Shown: positions 8,840 to 21,208, counted from the first letter of the stretch. The stretch: DNA of 64,000 nucleotides from Thermoanaerobaculia bacterium (GCA_963666565.1 OY762911.1:3712001-3776000); one strand, 5' to 3'. Program-made: numbers and translations. The notes: generated by a model from the sequence alone, not told the origin.

Positions 8840-11259
8840 GACGATGCTCTCCTCATCTGGAAGGGATCGCTGGCGACGACCGCCTGAATCAGGGACGACA
8901 GGCGGTAGTCGTCGGCCTCCGCGCGGCGCAGGATCGCGCGCACCGCGGGGGCGTCGGTCGCGGTCACGCCGCGGCCGGTGCCGAAGACGAGCAACTTCTC
9001 GGTCAGGGTGGTCAGGAACAGTTCGGGCCGCGCCAGCATCGCCGACTCGAGTTCCACAACACCGCCCAGGGCGGTGCCGTCCCACAGTTCGCCGGAAGCG
9101 TCGATCGGGAAGCCCGCGTCGACCGTCCGCCAGCGGCCGATCGCGTCGTAGTTCTCGAGCGCGAAGCCGACCGGGTCCATCAGCCGGTGGCAGCCGGAAC
9201 AGGCCGGGTTGTCGCGATGGGCCGACAGCCGCTCGCGCATCGGCAGTTCTCTCGCGACGATCTTCGCTTCCGGCAGGTCCGGCACGTCGGGCGGCGGCGG
9301 GGGCGGCGGCACGCCGAGCAGGTTGCCCAGCACCCAGTTGCCGCGCACCACCGGCGAGGTGCGCGTGGCGAACGAGGTCACGGTCAGGATGCTGCCGTGG
9401 CGCAGCAGGCCGCCGCGCACGCTGTCGTCGCCGAGCTCCACCCGCCGGAAGCGGCTGCCGTACACGTGCGGGATGCCGTAGTGCTTGGCCAGCCGCTCGT
9501 TGAGAAACGTGTAGTCCGCCCGGACGAGGTCGAGGGCGCTGCGGTCCTCCCGCAGGATGCTGCCGACGAACAGTTCCGTCTCGCGGCGCATGGCCTGCCG
9601 CAGGTTGTCGTCGAAGTCGGGGAACAGGCGCTTGTCGGGGGTAACGCCGTCCAGATTCCGCAGATGGAGCCACTGGGCGGCGAAGTTCGTGACCAGGTTC
9701 TCCGCCCGCGGGTCGGCGAGCATGCGCTCGACCTGGTGTTCGAGCACGCCCGGCTCGCCCAGGCGGCCGGCCGACGCGAGTTCCAGGAGTTCGTCGTCCG
9801 GGATGCTGCTCCAGAGGAAGAAGGCGAGCCGCGACGCGAGTTCCAGGTCGCTGACGCGGTACGGCGCCCCGGGCTCAACGCCGGCCGGATCCCGCTCGAT
9901 GCGGAACAGGAACTCCGGGCTGACCAGGACCGCCGCCAATCCCATCTCGATGCCGGCCTCGAACCCGTGCTCGGCCCTGGCCTGTTCATAAAGCGCGAAG
10001 GGTCCGCGCACGTCCTCGCCGGTCACCGGCCGGCGGTAGGCCCGGCCCATGACCTTGGCCAGGATCTTCCGCGCGCAGGGGTCCTCCTCCGCGGCGGTCT
10101 CCGACTGGCAGACGAAGATCCGCTGGCGGCTCGGGGTGTCGCCGGCCCCGAGCGGCAGGTAAGGCCCGACGATCGAGACGGAGAAGATGGCCGGCTGCAC
10201 CCTCGGGTGGCGGTAGTAGTTGAAGTGCGACTCGTAGGGCTGGCGCGCCGTCTCGAGCAGCACCCAGGGCCGGGCCGGGAAGGTGACGCCGACGTCGTGC
10301 GGTCCCGCGGTGACCGGCGCCCGGACGACCAGGTGATCGTCGACGTCGTCCTGCGACGGCTGGTAGTTCAGCGCCACGTCGCTCATCAGGTCCGGCGGAG
10401 CGACGGTGAAGGTCTGTATGTGCTCCCGGTCGATCAGGAGCTCCAGGTCGTGCGCCTCGCTCAGGCCCTCGACGTGCTCGTTGCGGTCGCGGGCGAGGCG
10501 GATGGAGAACTCGTAGACGCCGTCCGCCGGGAAGTTCCAGGTCGCGAGAAGGCCGCCGCGGGTGCCGACCGGAAGGCCTTCGACGTGCTTCTCCTGGGTC
10601 TCGTCCGGCGCCGTGCGAAACGTGATGCCGACCGGTTCCGCGTACGAGCGGCCGACCGCCAGCCGGCTGATCTTCTCCGCCGCGCCGACGTAGCGCTCCA
10701 GCAGGGTGGGCGACAGGTCGCCGACGGTCACGTTGTCGAACCCGAAGCTCGCCGAGTCCGCCGGCAGGAGCGAGGCGACGTCGACCTCCAGCGCCAGCAG
10801 ATCGCGCACGGCGTTGTGGTACTCGGTGCGGTTCAGCCGGCGGAACGTCTCGGTGCGGCCCGGGTCCGGCGCCTCGGCGGCGAGCCGGTCGAGCTCGCCC
10901 TCAAGTGAAGACAAGGCCTCCCGGTACGCGCTCTCGTCCGGACGGCGCCGGCCCGGCGGCGGCATCTGGCGCGCGCGCAGCTTGCGGGCCACCTTCTCCC
11001 AGGTCGCGCGGTCGAGATTCTCGTGCTGCTCGACCAGCGCGTCGAGTTCGAGCCCGGCCGTCTTGAGCCGGTTGTTGTGACAACCCAGGCAGTGCCGCGA
11101 GATGAGCGCGCGATGCGGCGCGTCGGCGTCGAACGCGGGCGCCGCGGGCGGGCCAGCCGCGGCAGCTGCCCCGGTGTGCGCCAGGAAGAGCGCGAGGCAA
11201 ACCGCCGCCGCATCGATCGCCCGCGGGCGACAACACCGACTGGGTCGTGGGTTACGCAA
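8836..11259 (-). CDS. DUF1592/DUF1588/DUF1585-type exported c-type cytochrome protein
   Basis: CLGCH and CSGCH heme motifs, RRLNRTEY.N.VRDLL, LASRLAFFLWSSIPDDEL, RTSPVVRG.WVL, GFALENYDAIGRWR. Confidence 0.88.
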   Translation of the reverse strand: MRNPRPSRCCRPRAIDAAAVCLALFLAHTGAAAAAGPPAAPAFDADAPHRALISRHCLGCHNNRLKTAGLELDALVEQHENLDRATWEKVARKLRARQMPPPGRRRPDESAYREALSSLEGELDRLAAEAPDPGRTETFRRLNRTEYHNAVRDLLALEVDVASLLPADSASFGFDNVTVGDLSPTLLERYVGAAEKISRLAVGRSYAEPVGITFRTAPDETQEKHVEGLPVGTRGGLLATWNFPADGVYEFSIRLARDRNEHVEGLSEAHDLELLIDREHIQTFTVAPPDLMSDVALNYQPSQDDVDDHLVVRAPVTAGPHDVGVTFPARPWVLLETARQPYESHFNYYRHPRVQPAIFSVSIVGPYLPLGAGDTPSRQRIFVCQSETAAEEDPCARKILAKVMGRAYRRPVTGEDVRGPFALYEQARAEHGFEAGIEMGLAAVLVSPEFLFRIERDPAGVEPGAPYRVSDLELASRLAFFLWSSIPDDELLELASAGRLGEPGVLEHQVERMLADPRAENLVTNFAAQWLHLRNLDGVTPDKRLFPDFDDNLRQAMRRETELFVGSILREDRSALDLVRADYTFLNERLAKHYGIPHVYGSRFRRVELGDDSVRGGLLRHGSILTVTSFATRTSPVVRGNWVLGNLLGVPPPPPPPDVPDLPEAKIVARELPMRERLSAHRDNPACSGCHRLMDPVGFALENYDAIGRWRTVDAGFPIDASGELWDGTALGGVVELESAMLARPELFLTTLTEKLLVFGTGRGVTATDAPAVRAILRRAEADDYRLSSLIQAVVASDPFQMRRASS

Positions 11260-11406
11260 TCTCCAACTCCCAGGCTGAAGACCTGAACTGGCTACGGGAA
11301 CGCGAGCGGCAGTCTAACAGTCCGCCCAGCCGCTGGATGTGCGCGACCTCGTAGCGGATCATCGTCGGTAACGGTCGCGGTAGTGGGCGGCGATTACGTT
11401 CGCGCC

Positions 11407-11430
11407 GGGTGCGCCGGCGTCCCGGCCGGC
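11407..11430 (+). repeat. REP-like element, variant B
   Basis: GGGTGC-GCCGGC-GTCCCG-GCCGGC; near-identical inverted copy at 62085-62108. Confidence 0.65.
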
Positions 11431-11464
11431 TTCCGCACCTCCCGCCGCGTTAGCATCGCCGACG

Positions 11465-12373
11465 GTGACGGGGATCGACCATCGAATCCGGGCGTTTCTG
11501 GTGGCCGCGGTCGTCCTCGCTCAGCCGGCGCCGGGCCAGGAGTCGGAGGCTGCCCGCTACGAGAGCGCCCTTGCCGAATGGCGGGCCGAACGTGTGGCGA
11601 GCCTCAAGGGCCCGGACGGCTGGCTCAATCTGGCGGGACTGCACTGGCTGAAGGAAGGCGCCAACAGCTTCGGCGCCGCCGCCGGCAACGACTTCTTGGC
11701 GCCGGAAGGGTCGGCGCCGCCGAAGCTCGGCAGTTTCCTGGTCGAGGACGGCACGGTCACTTTCCGGGCTGACCCTGGAGCCGACGTCCTCCACGGCGAA
11801 GCGCCTATCGCCGAGATGCTTCTCGCCGACGACAAGGAGGGCGAGCCCACCCTCCTCACCCACGGTTCCCTGGCCTGGACCGTGATCCGCCGAATGGACC
11901 GGCTCGGAGTGCGGTTGCGCGACTACGACCATCCCGCCGTGAAGGCACTCGCCGGCATCGAGTCCTATCCGCCGAGTCTCGACTGGCGCATCGAGGCCCG
12001 CTTCGAGCCCTATCCGGAACCGCGGACGATCCGGGTGCCCACGGTCGTGGCAGGTCTCGGCTGGGAACCGACCGTCCCCGGCACCCTGGAGTTCGAGGCC
12101 CAGGGACAGTCGCTCTCGCTGGAGGCCTACCGGTCCGACGATCGGTTCTTCATCGTCTTCGCCGATGCAACGGCCGGCGACACGACCTACCCTGCCGGCC
12201 GCTATCTCGCGGCTGATCTTCCCGGCGAGGACGGCATGACGATCCTGGACTTCAACAAGGCCTACAACCCACCCTGTGTGTTCAGCGAGTTCGCCACCTG
12301 CCCGCTGGCGACCCCGCGGAACCGCCTCCCGGTGGCCGTTGAGGCTGGCGAGAAGTACGCCGAGAGACCGTAG
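11465..12373 (+). CDS. DUF1684 family exported protein
   Basis: GWLNLAGLHWL, F.D.T.G.TTYPAGRYL, LDFNKAYNPPCVFSEFATCPL..P.NRL.VAVEAGEK. Confidence 0.88.
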   Translation: MTGIDHRIRAFLVAAVVLAQPAPGQESEAARYESALAEWRAERVASLKGPDGWLNLAGLHWLKEGANSFGAAAGNDFLAPEGSAPPKLGSFLVEDGTVTFRADPGADVLHGEAPIAEMLLADDKEGEPTLLTHGSLAWTVIRRMDRLGVRLRDYDHPAVKALAGIESYPPSLDWRIEARFEPYPEPRTIRVPTVVAGLGWEPTVPGTLEFEAQGQSLSLEAYRSDDRFFIVFADATAGDTTYPAGRYLAADLPGEDGMTILDFNKAYNPPCVFSEFATCPLATPRNRLPVAVEAGEKYAERP

Positions 12374-12406
12374 CGATCGACCTCACCGCTCCGCAGCTCG
12401 CAGAAT

Positions 12407-12430
12407 GCGGGTCAGAAGACCCGCGCACCC
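12407..12430 (-). repeat. REP-like element, variant A
   Basis: GCGGGTCAGAAGACCCGCGCACCC between convergent genes; 1 mismatch to the consensus. Confidence 0.8.
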
Positions 12431-12451
12431 AGGCGGGTGTCACCGACGCCG

Positions 12452-14206
<1,755 letters not shown>

Positions 14207-14302
14207 GGTCCGTCCTCTGGTTCGTTCTCTTGGGGGGGCCGATCCTACCGCCGCCGCCAGGCCGCGCCGCGACTAGACTCCGACCAGCGAATCCGTAGCC
14301 CG

Positions 14303-17300
14303 ATGCTCTCCGCCGACCCCATCCACGAAGCCCTCCGCGAGTTCGCGGACGCCGTGCGGGCCAAGACCGCGGCACAAGGGCGGGGCCAGCCCGAAGATCA
14401 ACTCCGTGGCCCGTTCGAGACGCTCCTGAGCCGGGTCGGCGCTGCCGAGGGACTGCAGGTCGTAGCGAGTGGCGAGGCGCAGCTCCCGAAGGGACTTGGC
14501 CGTCCCGACTTCGCCGTCCACCGAGACGGCCTCTTGACCGGCTACGCCGAGCTCAAGGCGCCCGGACGCGGTGCGCGGAAGGAGGACTTCAAGGGCCACG
14601 ACCGCGAGCAGTTCGAGCGGTTCTCGTCCCTTCCCAACGTTCTCTACACGGACGGGAACGAATGGGCCCTCTATCGTCGAGGAGACCTTGGAGGCGGTGT
14701 CGTCCGGTTCGGCGGCAACGTGGCGGAGAGCGGGGCGAACGCGGTTGCACGGGAAGACGCCCGATCCCTCGCGTCCTTGCTCCGGATGTACCTCGCCTGG
14801 GCGCCGATCGTGCCCAAGACCGCCAGCGGCGACATCGACCTCGCCCGGTTCGCGGAGGAACTCGCCCCGCTTTGCCGCCTCCTGCGCGACGAGGTCATCG
14901 ACGCGCTCGGCGATCCAGTCCTTCCGATCGAACGGCTGAGGACGGAATGGCGGGAGTTGCTCTTCCCGCAAGCCTCCGACGCCGAGTTCGCCGACGCGTA
15001 CGCCCAGACGGTCACGTTCGCGATGCTGCTGGGACGAAGCCTCGGCGCCGAGCCACTCACCCTTCAGAACGCCCAAGACGCCCTCTTTTCGCAACACAGC
15101 CTCCTGTCGCGCGCTCTCCAACTTCTGACGGACGGACGAATCGCCGACACGCTCGTCACTCCTCTCTGCCTTCTTCAGCGGCTGATCGGCGCACTCCCGG
15201 CCGATTCCCTGAGCACGAAGACCGATCCCTGGCTCTACTTCTACGAGGACTTCCTCGCGGCCTACGATCCGAAGCTCCGAAAGGACTCCGGCGTCTACTA
15301 CACGCCGGTCGAGGTCGTCCACGCCCAGGTACGGTTGATCGACGACCTGCTGGTCAACCGTCTCGGGCGCCGGCACGGTTTCGCCGATCCGACCGTTTCC
15401 ACTCTCGACCCGGCCGCGGGCACCGGCACCTACCTGCTGGGCGTGATCGAACACACGCTGGGTCGGCTCGCCGAGGAGGAGGGGCCCGGCGTCACTTCCG
15501 GTCACGCGAGCGAACTGGCCCGCAATCTCCACGGCTTCGAGCGGATCGTGGGCGCCTACGCGGTTGCCGAACTGAGGGTCAGTCAGGCCCTGGCCGGCGC
15601 GGGCGGCGAACTCCTGCCGCAGGGCACGAGGATCTACCTCACGGACACCCTCGAGAGTCCCAGCGCCAAACCGCCGCAGCTCGGTCTCTTCTACGAGCCG
15701 ATCTCGGTACAGCGACAGAGGGCGCTGGAGGTCAAGGCCCTGGAACCGGTCCTCGTCTGTCTCGGCAATCCGCCCTACGACCGGCACGAGGCGGCCGGCC
15801 CAGACAACCGGGCGATGACCGGCGCCTGGGTACGCCACGGCGAGGACGGAAGCGACGCGCCGCCACTCCTCGAGGACTTCCTGGCACCCGCCCGCGAAGG
15901 CGGACACGCCGGTCATCTGAAGAACGTCTACAACCTCTACGTCTACTTCTGGCGCTGGGCGCTCTGGAAGGTCCTGGAGCACGACACGACGAGCGACGGG
16001 ACCGGCGTCGTCAGCTTCATCACCGCCTCGAGCTACATCGAGGGGGACGCTTTCAGCGGCATGAGGGAGCACATGCGGCGGGTTTGCGACGAACTGTGGA
16101 TCCTCGACCTGGGCGGCGAGGGGCGAGGGACCCGCCGGGAAGAGAACGTGTTCGCGATCCAGACGCCGGTGGCCATCGCTGTCGCGCTTCGCACCGGGAA
16201 GCCGGACCCGACCGTCCCGGCCACGGCGCGGTACGCGCGGATTCGCGGGAGCCGACGCGACAAGCTGTCCAGGCTGGACGCGATACGGTGCTTCGGCGAC
16301 GTCGAGTGGCTGGATTGCCCCGACGGTTGGCAGTCCCCGTTGCGGCCAGCGGGCAAGGGGACCTACTTCGACTGGCCGCTGCTGACGGATCTCATGCCGT
16401 GGCAGCACTCCGGCGTGCAATTGAAGCGAACCTGGCCGATCGCGCCGGATCGAGAGACGCTGCACGCACGATGGACGCAACTGCTCCGCGCACCCGACCG
16501 GGGCCGCGCCTTCCGCGAAACGGACGACCGAAGAATCGACCGGCCTTACGCAGCGGCGTGGAGCGCCTCCGCCGACCCGACGCCGCTCGCGGAGCTTCCG
16601 GTCGGCGCGCCGACGCCGCCCTTCCGGCGCTACGGCTACCGCTCCTTCGATCGTCAGTGGATCCTCGCCGACACCCGACTGATGTCCCGGCCTCGCCCTC
16701 CTCTCTGGCAGTCGGACGGACCACGGCAGATCTACCTGACCACCATGCTCAGCCAACCCCTGGGAGAAGGTCCTGCCGTCACGGCTTCCGCGTCCATTCC
16801 CGACCTGACCATTTCCGCGGCTCCTACGGCGCGAAGAACGCGATCCCCCTCTACCGAACCGCCAGCGCTTCCGAACCGAACCTGTTGCCCGGGCTGCTCG
16901 AACGGCTGGGCGCCGCCTATGGCCGACCGGTTACGCCGGAGCGCTTTGCCGCCTACCTCTATTGCCTGCTGGCCCAGCCGGCCTTCACCCGACGCTTCGC
17001 CCAGGAACTCGACAGCCGGGAGGTGCGAGTCCCGATCACGCGCGACGCGGGACTCTTCGACCGGGCATCGGCACAGGGCGCGCACTTGCTGTGGCTGCAC
17101 ACCTGGGGGGAGAGGCTGGCTTCCAGCGGCCCGCCGGTCAAAGGCGTCGGCGATGGCAAAGCCCGGTGCCTGAAGAGCGTTCCAGCCACGGAAGGCGGCT
17201 ATCCCCGCGCGTTTCGCTACGACGAGGAGAGCCAAACGCTCCACGTGGGCGAGGGGGAGTTCCGCCCCGTAGCGCCGGAGGCGTTCCGCTTCGAGGTCTC

Positions 17301-17664
17301 GGGCCTCAAGGTGGTCTCGTCCTGGCTCGGCTATCGGATGCGGGACGGCGCGGGCCGCAGGTCCTCGCCCCTCGACGACGTTCGCCCTCGACGCTGGACG
17401 AACGTGATGACGACGGAACTGCTGGAGCTGTTGTGGCTGCTGGAAGCGACCTTGGAGAGCTACCCGCGCCAGGAGGTGCTGCTTGAGGAAGTTGTCGCCA
17501 GTCGCTGCCTTTCCGCAAGCGACCTGCCTCCCGTGCCCGAGGAGGCGCACCGGGCGCCGAGCGCGACGGAAGCGGCGAACGAACTGAGGGAACCGCGCGT
17601 TTCCCCGCAGGATCTGCTCTTCGGTAATGAGGCGCCCGCGAGCAAAGACCCGGTCGAGGCGTAA
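14303..17664 (+). pseudogene. Single-chain restriction-modification enzyme (PD-(D/E)XK nuclease + N6-adenine MTase + Type ISP-like C-terminal specificity domain), one frameshift at about 16807
   Basis: From ATG 14303: RPDFAV...GYAELKAPG, GVYYTP, LDPAAGTGTYL (motif I), GNPPY (motif IV), YRSFDRQW. After IPDL the homology continues in another frame (DHFRGSYGAK..IPLYR...FEVSGLKVVSSWLGYR) to the stop at 17664. Confidence 0.85.
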
Positions 17665-17860
17665 CGACGGTTGCGGTCCGCCAGGGCCGCACCCGCGGCC
17701 TTGCGAGGGGAGGCGACTCGGGACGGCACCTTGAGTCAGGCCGATGCCACACGGATCGCCTGTCGTCAGCGAGCGATGAAGACCGGGCCGGGACTACATC
17801 CCGCGACAGCGAAGCCAACGGCGCCAACCAGGATCCGAACCACTCGTTCCATCGTCAAAG

Positions 17861-18745
17861 TCAGCTCCGCCGGTTCTCGCCGTACCACGAGATCAGCCAG
17901 ACGAAGGAGTAGACGTCGATGAAGTCCCGTGGCGAAAGATCGTCGCGTTCGGCCTTCTCCAGTTCGGACTTGAGATAGCTTGAGAACGTCAGTATCCGGT
18001 CGTAGGCAGGCCAATCCATGTCTGTCGTATAGGCGATGTCGTAGGCGCACATCTGGGCAGCGCCCTGGATGTACTTCGGCTTCACGAACATGTAGCGCTC
18101 CGGTTCGAAGAGGAACCAGAGGTAGGTGGCGATGGTCCACTTCGCGGCGCCGAGCTTGCCCAGCACCGCGACGAAGCGCTCGAACCGGTTGGCCGGCGCA
18201 TCCTCTCCATGGAGCAGGCGGGAAAGCGCCGTCGCGAAAGCCCGCCGGTTCCCGGCGTCCTTCAATCCGTCTCGCAAGTCCATCTTCTCGTTCGGAAAGA
18301 TGAGGTTCGTCTTGTTGACTACCCTGGCGGCCCGCTCACAGATGTCGTCGTGCTCTCCGCTCGCCAGCGCGGCCTCGACAACCTCGCGAGCGAGTTCCGT
18401 CCGAGCCAGCGCGCCTGCTTCCACCTTGTAGCGGCGTTCCCTGGTCAAGTATCGGTCGCCCAGGAAGCCGCCCTCAAAGTCAGCAAGGAAGTCCTCCATG
18501 GAGCGCTTGAGGCTCCGGTACCTCGTCCCCGGTTTCAGACGGTCGAGAAGAGCATGAGCCGGCCGAGGATCGAGAAGCTCGAGCGCGACGTGTCGCAAGG
18601 AGACGGTCTTCGTGCCCTCCTCGACAAAGAACACGTCCGCGTGGTCGCCCCTGACGTCGCGCACTTCGCCGAGGCCCCACTCCTTCATCTTCGGGTGGAG
18701 AACACGATCGCCACGCCACAACTGTCTGGCACCTGCACTACCCAT
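17861..18745 (-). CDS. DUF3553-type SH3-like N-terminal domain fused to a helical domain; function unknown
   Basis: GDRVLHPKMKEWGLGEV...DVFFVEEGTK N-terminus; C-terminal PRDFIDVYSFVW; GGAGGGAG RBS; visibly more AT-rich than its neighbours. Confidence 0.65.
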   Translation of the reverse strand: MGSAGARQLWRGDRVLHPKMKEWGLGEVRDVRGDHADVFFVEEGTKTVSLRHVALELLDPRPAHALLDRLKPGTRYRSLKRSMEDFLADFEGGFLGDRYLTRERRYKVEAGALARTELAREVVEAALASGEHDDICERAARVVNKTNLIFPNEKMDLRDGLKDAGNRRAFATALSRLLHGEDAPANRFERFVAVLGKLGAAKWTIATYLWFLFEPERYMFVKPKYIQGAAQMCAYDIAYTTDMDWPAYDRILTFSSYLKSELEKAERDDLSPRDFIDVYSFVWLISWYGENRRS

Positions 18746-18782
18746 CAAGACTCCCTCCGGCGGTCAAACCTGTGACGCCCGC

Positions 18783-20336
18783 TCACCTGCAACTCCAGTT
18801 CGCCGCGTCGTTCACGTCGCCCTTGCCGCTGTACTTCGCCGCCTCCGGCCAGGCACAAAGCGGGCGCGTGAACTCCGGTTCCGGCCCCAGGCGACTCGCC
18901 TCGATCCGCTCCGGCGCTATCCCCTTCTCGGTCCAGGCGACCAGCGGATCGACGTAGTCGGCGACCCAGGCGCCGGGGCCGCGGGCGCAGTGGATCATGC
19001 CGGGCACCATGAACAGGCGGAAGAACTCGCCGGCTTCGTCCGCGCCGCCGCTTTCCTTCTCCACTTCGTGCAGGTAGTCGATCGCCCGCTGCGGACGCAA
19101 CGGATAGTCATTCCAGCCCTGGTACATCAGCAGCTTGCCGCCGCGGGCCCGGAACGCCGAGAGGTCCGCCGTGAGCACGTCGAGCGGCGCGGTGGCCGCC
19201 GTGAGGAGGTCGCGGTCGGCGACCGGGTCGAACTTCTCGACGTCGAAGTCCGGCTCGAAGCGCATCAGGGCCTCGAGCAGCACGTCCATGCCGTCGATCA
19301 GCGACTGGTCCGGCGCCCCGCGACGGGCTGTGGGCAGCATCCAGGCGGCCCAGTCGCCTGCGTCCTCGGCGCCCGGCGGCACGCCCGGCGACAGGACGTT
19401 GCCGTCCGCGTCGAGGACGTCGGCGTACATGTAGCGGGCGGTCTGTAGCTGGCCCGCTGTGAGGCAGTTCTCCGTCGAGTCCGGCGGGCACTGGAGGGCG
19501 TTCAGATCGAAGATGTCCGCGGTGCACTTCGTCGGATCGTCGATCACGCCGTCCTCGACTCCGTCCAGCGCGTCGCAGGCCTCGCGAGACGCCTTGCCGA
19601 GCAACTGGAACGACTCCGCGGTCAGAGGATGCTTCGCCTGCAGGCGCGCCCCGCCGATCATCCACGGCACGAACTCCTGGAAGCGGAAGGCCGGCGCTCC
19701 GGCCAGGACGCCGTCGTAGTCGTTGGGAAAGCGGGTCGCCTCGAGCATCGCGGCGCGGCCGCCGTTCGAGCAGCCCTTGACGTAGGAGTAGTCGATCTCG
19801 CGTCCGTAGTAGCGCTGGATCACCCGTTTGGCCGCCGCCGTCGCCAGATGGACGCCGCGATAGGCATAGTCGAGCAGGGCCTCGGGCTGCCGCACGTAGT
19901 CGCGCTCCTGGCCCTCGTGGCCGGTGTCCGTCGAGGCCATCGCGAACCCGCGGCCGAGCAGGCTCGTCGTGTCGCCGATGAATCCCGCGGCGCCACCGAC
20001 CGTGCTGAACATCATCCGGCCGTTCCAGTCGTCGGGAAGAGTGACCTCGAAGCGGATCGCCCGGTTGACGACGCCGCGTACGCGGCAGTGGGCCGGCGCC
20101 CGCTCCGAAGCCGCGACCCGCAGCCCGGGCTCGATCGCGTGGTCGAGGTCGGTCAGGGCGACCAGACCGCGGCAGTCGCGGCGGGTGTCGTTGGCGGCCA
20201 CGGGCGGTGCGACGACCGGCAGGAACAGCAGGACAGCGGCGAAGCACAACGGCGCCGGCCAACGAAGCGGGGAGGATGCGGGCCGGATGCCCGCATCTCC
20301 GGGTCGATGAGCGAGGGCGGAGAGTGGGATTGTCAC
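18783..20336 (-). CDS. Tannase/feruloyl esterase family alpha/beta hydrolase, secreted
   Basis: AAGGAG RBS then GTG at 20336. LPDDWNGR, STDTGH, GCSNGGR (nucleophile), GGKLLMYQGWND, PGMIHC, TRPLCAWP. Confidence 0.9.
   Translation of the reverse strand: MTIPLSALAHRPGDAGIRPASSPLRWPAPLCFAAVLLFLPVVAPPVAANDTRRDCRGLVALTDLDHAIEPGLRVAASERAPAHCRVRGVVNRAIRFEVTLPDDWNGRMMFSTVGGAAGFIGDTTSLLGRGFAMASTDTGHEGQERDYVRQPEALLDYAYRGVHLATAAAKRVIQRYYGREIDYSYVKGCSNGGRAAMLEATRFPNDYDGVLAGAPAFRFQEFVPWMIGGARLQAKHPLTAESFQLLGKASREACDALDGVEDGVIDDPTKCTADIFDLNALQCPPDSTENCLTAGQLQTARYMYADVLDADGNVLSPGVPPGAEDAGDWAAWMLPTARRGAPDQSLIDGMDVLLEALMRFEPDFDVEKFDPVADRDLLTAATAPLDVLTADLSAFRARGGKLLMYQGWNDYPLRPQRAIDYLHEVEKESGGADEAGEFFRLFMVPGMIHCARGPGAWVADYVDPLVAWTEKGIAPERIEASRLGPEPEFTRPLCAWPEAAKYSGKGDVNDAANWSCR
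20271..20300. repeat. REP-like hairpin inside the predicted tannase N-terminal coding region
   Basis: GATGCGGGC-CGGAT-GCCCGCATC, a 9-bp perfect stem related to the hairpin at 34565-34589. Confidence 0.5.
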
Positions 20337-20365
20337 TTGGTGCTCCTTTGCCGAGATACCGAAGG

Positions 20366-21208
20366 TCAGGCTGCAACGCCGGCGCGGGCGATGAGCGCCA
20401 CCGTGCCGTCCGCCTTGGCGATCCAGACGAAGGCCGCGGTGCGTTCGGGATCGTCCGGATCCGGGCCGGTCACGACACCGTTGACGGTAATCGTGTCCCC
20501 GGGCCAGACCGGGTTCGTGAACTTGAGGTCGAAGGAGCCGCTCCGCCACCAGGCCTCGCCGAAGCGCTCTTCGAGAATGTGGCCAACGTAGCCCATCGTC
20601 ATCCGGCCGCCGACCACGACGTCCTGGAAGCCGAGTTCGCGGGATGCCTCCCTGTCGGTGTGGTAGTTGGCGTTGCCGTGAAAGAACTGGCCGCACATCT
20701 CGAGTGAGATCGTGCGCTCCAGGCCGCCGAACCGCTCACCCTCCGGCACGTCGAAGCGTCGCGCTCCCGGCTTCTTGCGCGGATCGCGCAGGTCGACGTC
20801 CCCGGTGTACTCCTGGTCGCGCAGGAAGCTCTGGTGATGGTGGGTCTCCAGGACCTGCCGGCCGTTACCGTCGCTGAGCCGGACCCGGTAGTCGACGACG
20901 ACGCGGTTGCGCCGGTCGTAGATGTCGCAGATGTCGCCGCCAACCGTGTAGACGGTGCCCGCCTTCATCGGCGCCGAAAGCGCCCATTCCTCGCGCATCC
21001 AGAGATGCCCGGTCTGGTTGGCGAAGGCGATCTCACGGAAGTAGTCGCCGTCCGGGCCACTCGCGATCGTGGACGGCAACAGGCCGCTGCTCGGCGGTTC
21101 GAGTTGAAGGCCGCCGTAGTAGTCGGCGAGCACGGCGTCATCGACGACGAAGGTCCCGCTGCTCAGCCGCTTTCCTACGTACGGCCCGTTCCCGTTCGAC
21201 CCGTCCAT
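20366..21208 (-). CDS. MaoC-like double-hotdog (R)-enoyl-CoA hydratase/dehydratase
   Basis: NANYHTD...ELGF.DVVVGG.M, LKFTNPVWPGDT; two hotdog-sized halves. Confidence 0.75.
   Translation of the reverse strand: MDGSNGNGPYVGKRLSSGTFVVDDAVLADYYGGLQLEPPSSGLLPSTIASGPDGDYFREIAFANQTGHLWMREEWALSAPMKAGTVYTVGGDICDIYDRRNRVVVDYRVRLSDGNGRQVLETHHHQSFLRDQEYTGDVDLRDPRKKPGARRFDVPEGERFGGLERTISLEMCGQFFHGNANYHTDREASRELGFQDVVVGGRMTMGYVGHILEERFGEAWWRSGSFDLKFTNPVWPGDTITVNGVVTGPDPDDPERTAAFVWIAKADGTVALIARAGVAA

Noticed and set aside
16795-16815. Programmed frameshift or phase-variable tract in the RM gene
   Set aside because: No homopolymer, microsatellite or X XXY YYZ slippery heptamer at the site.
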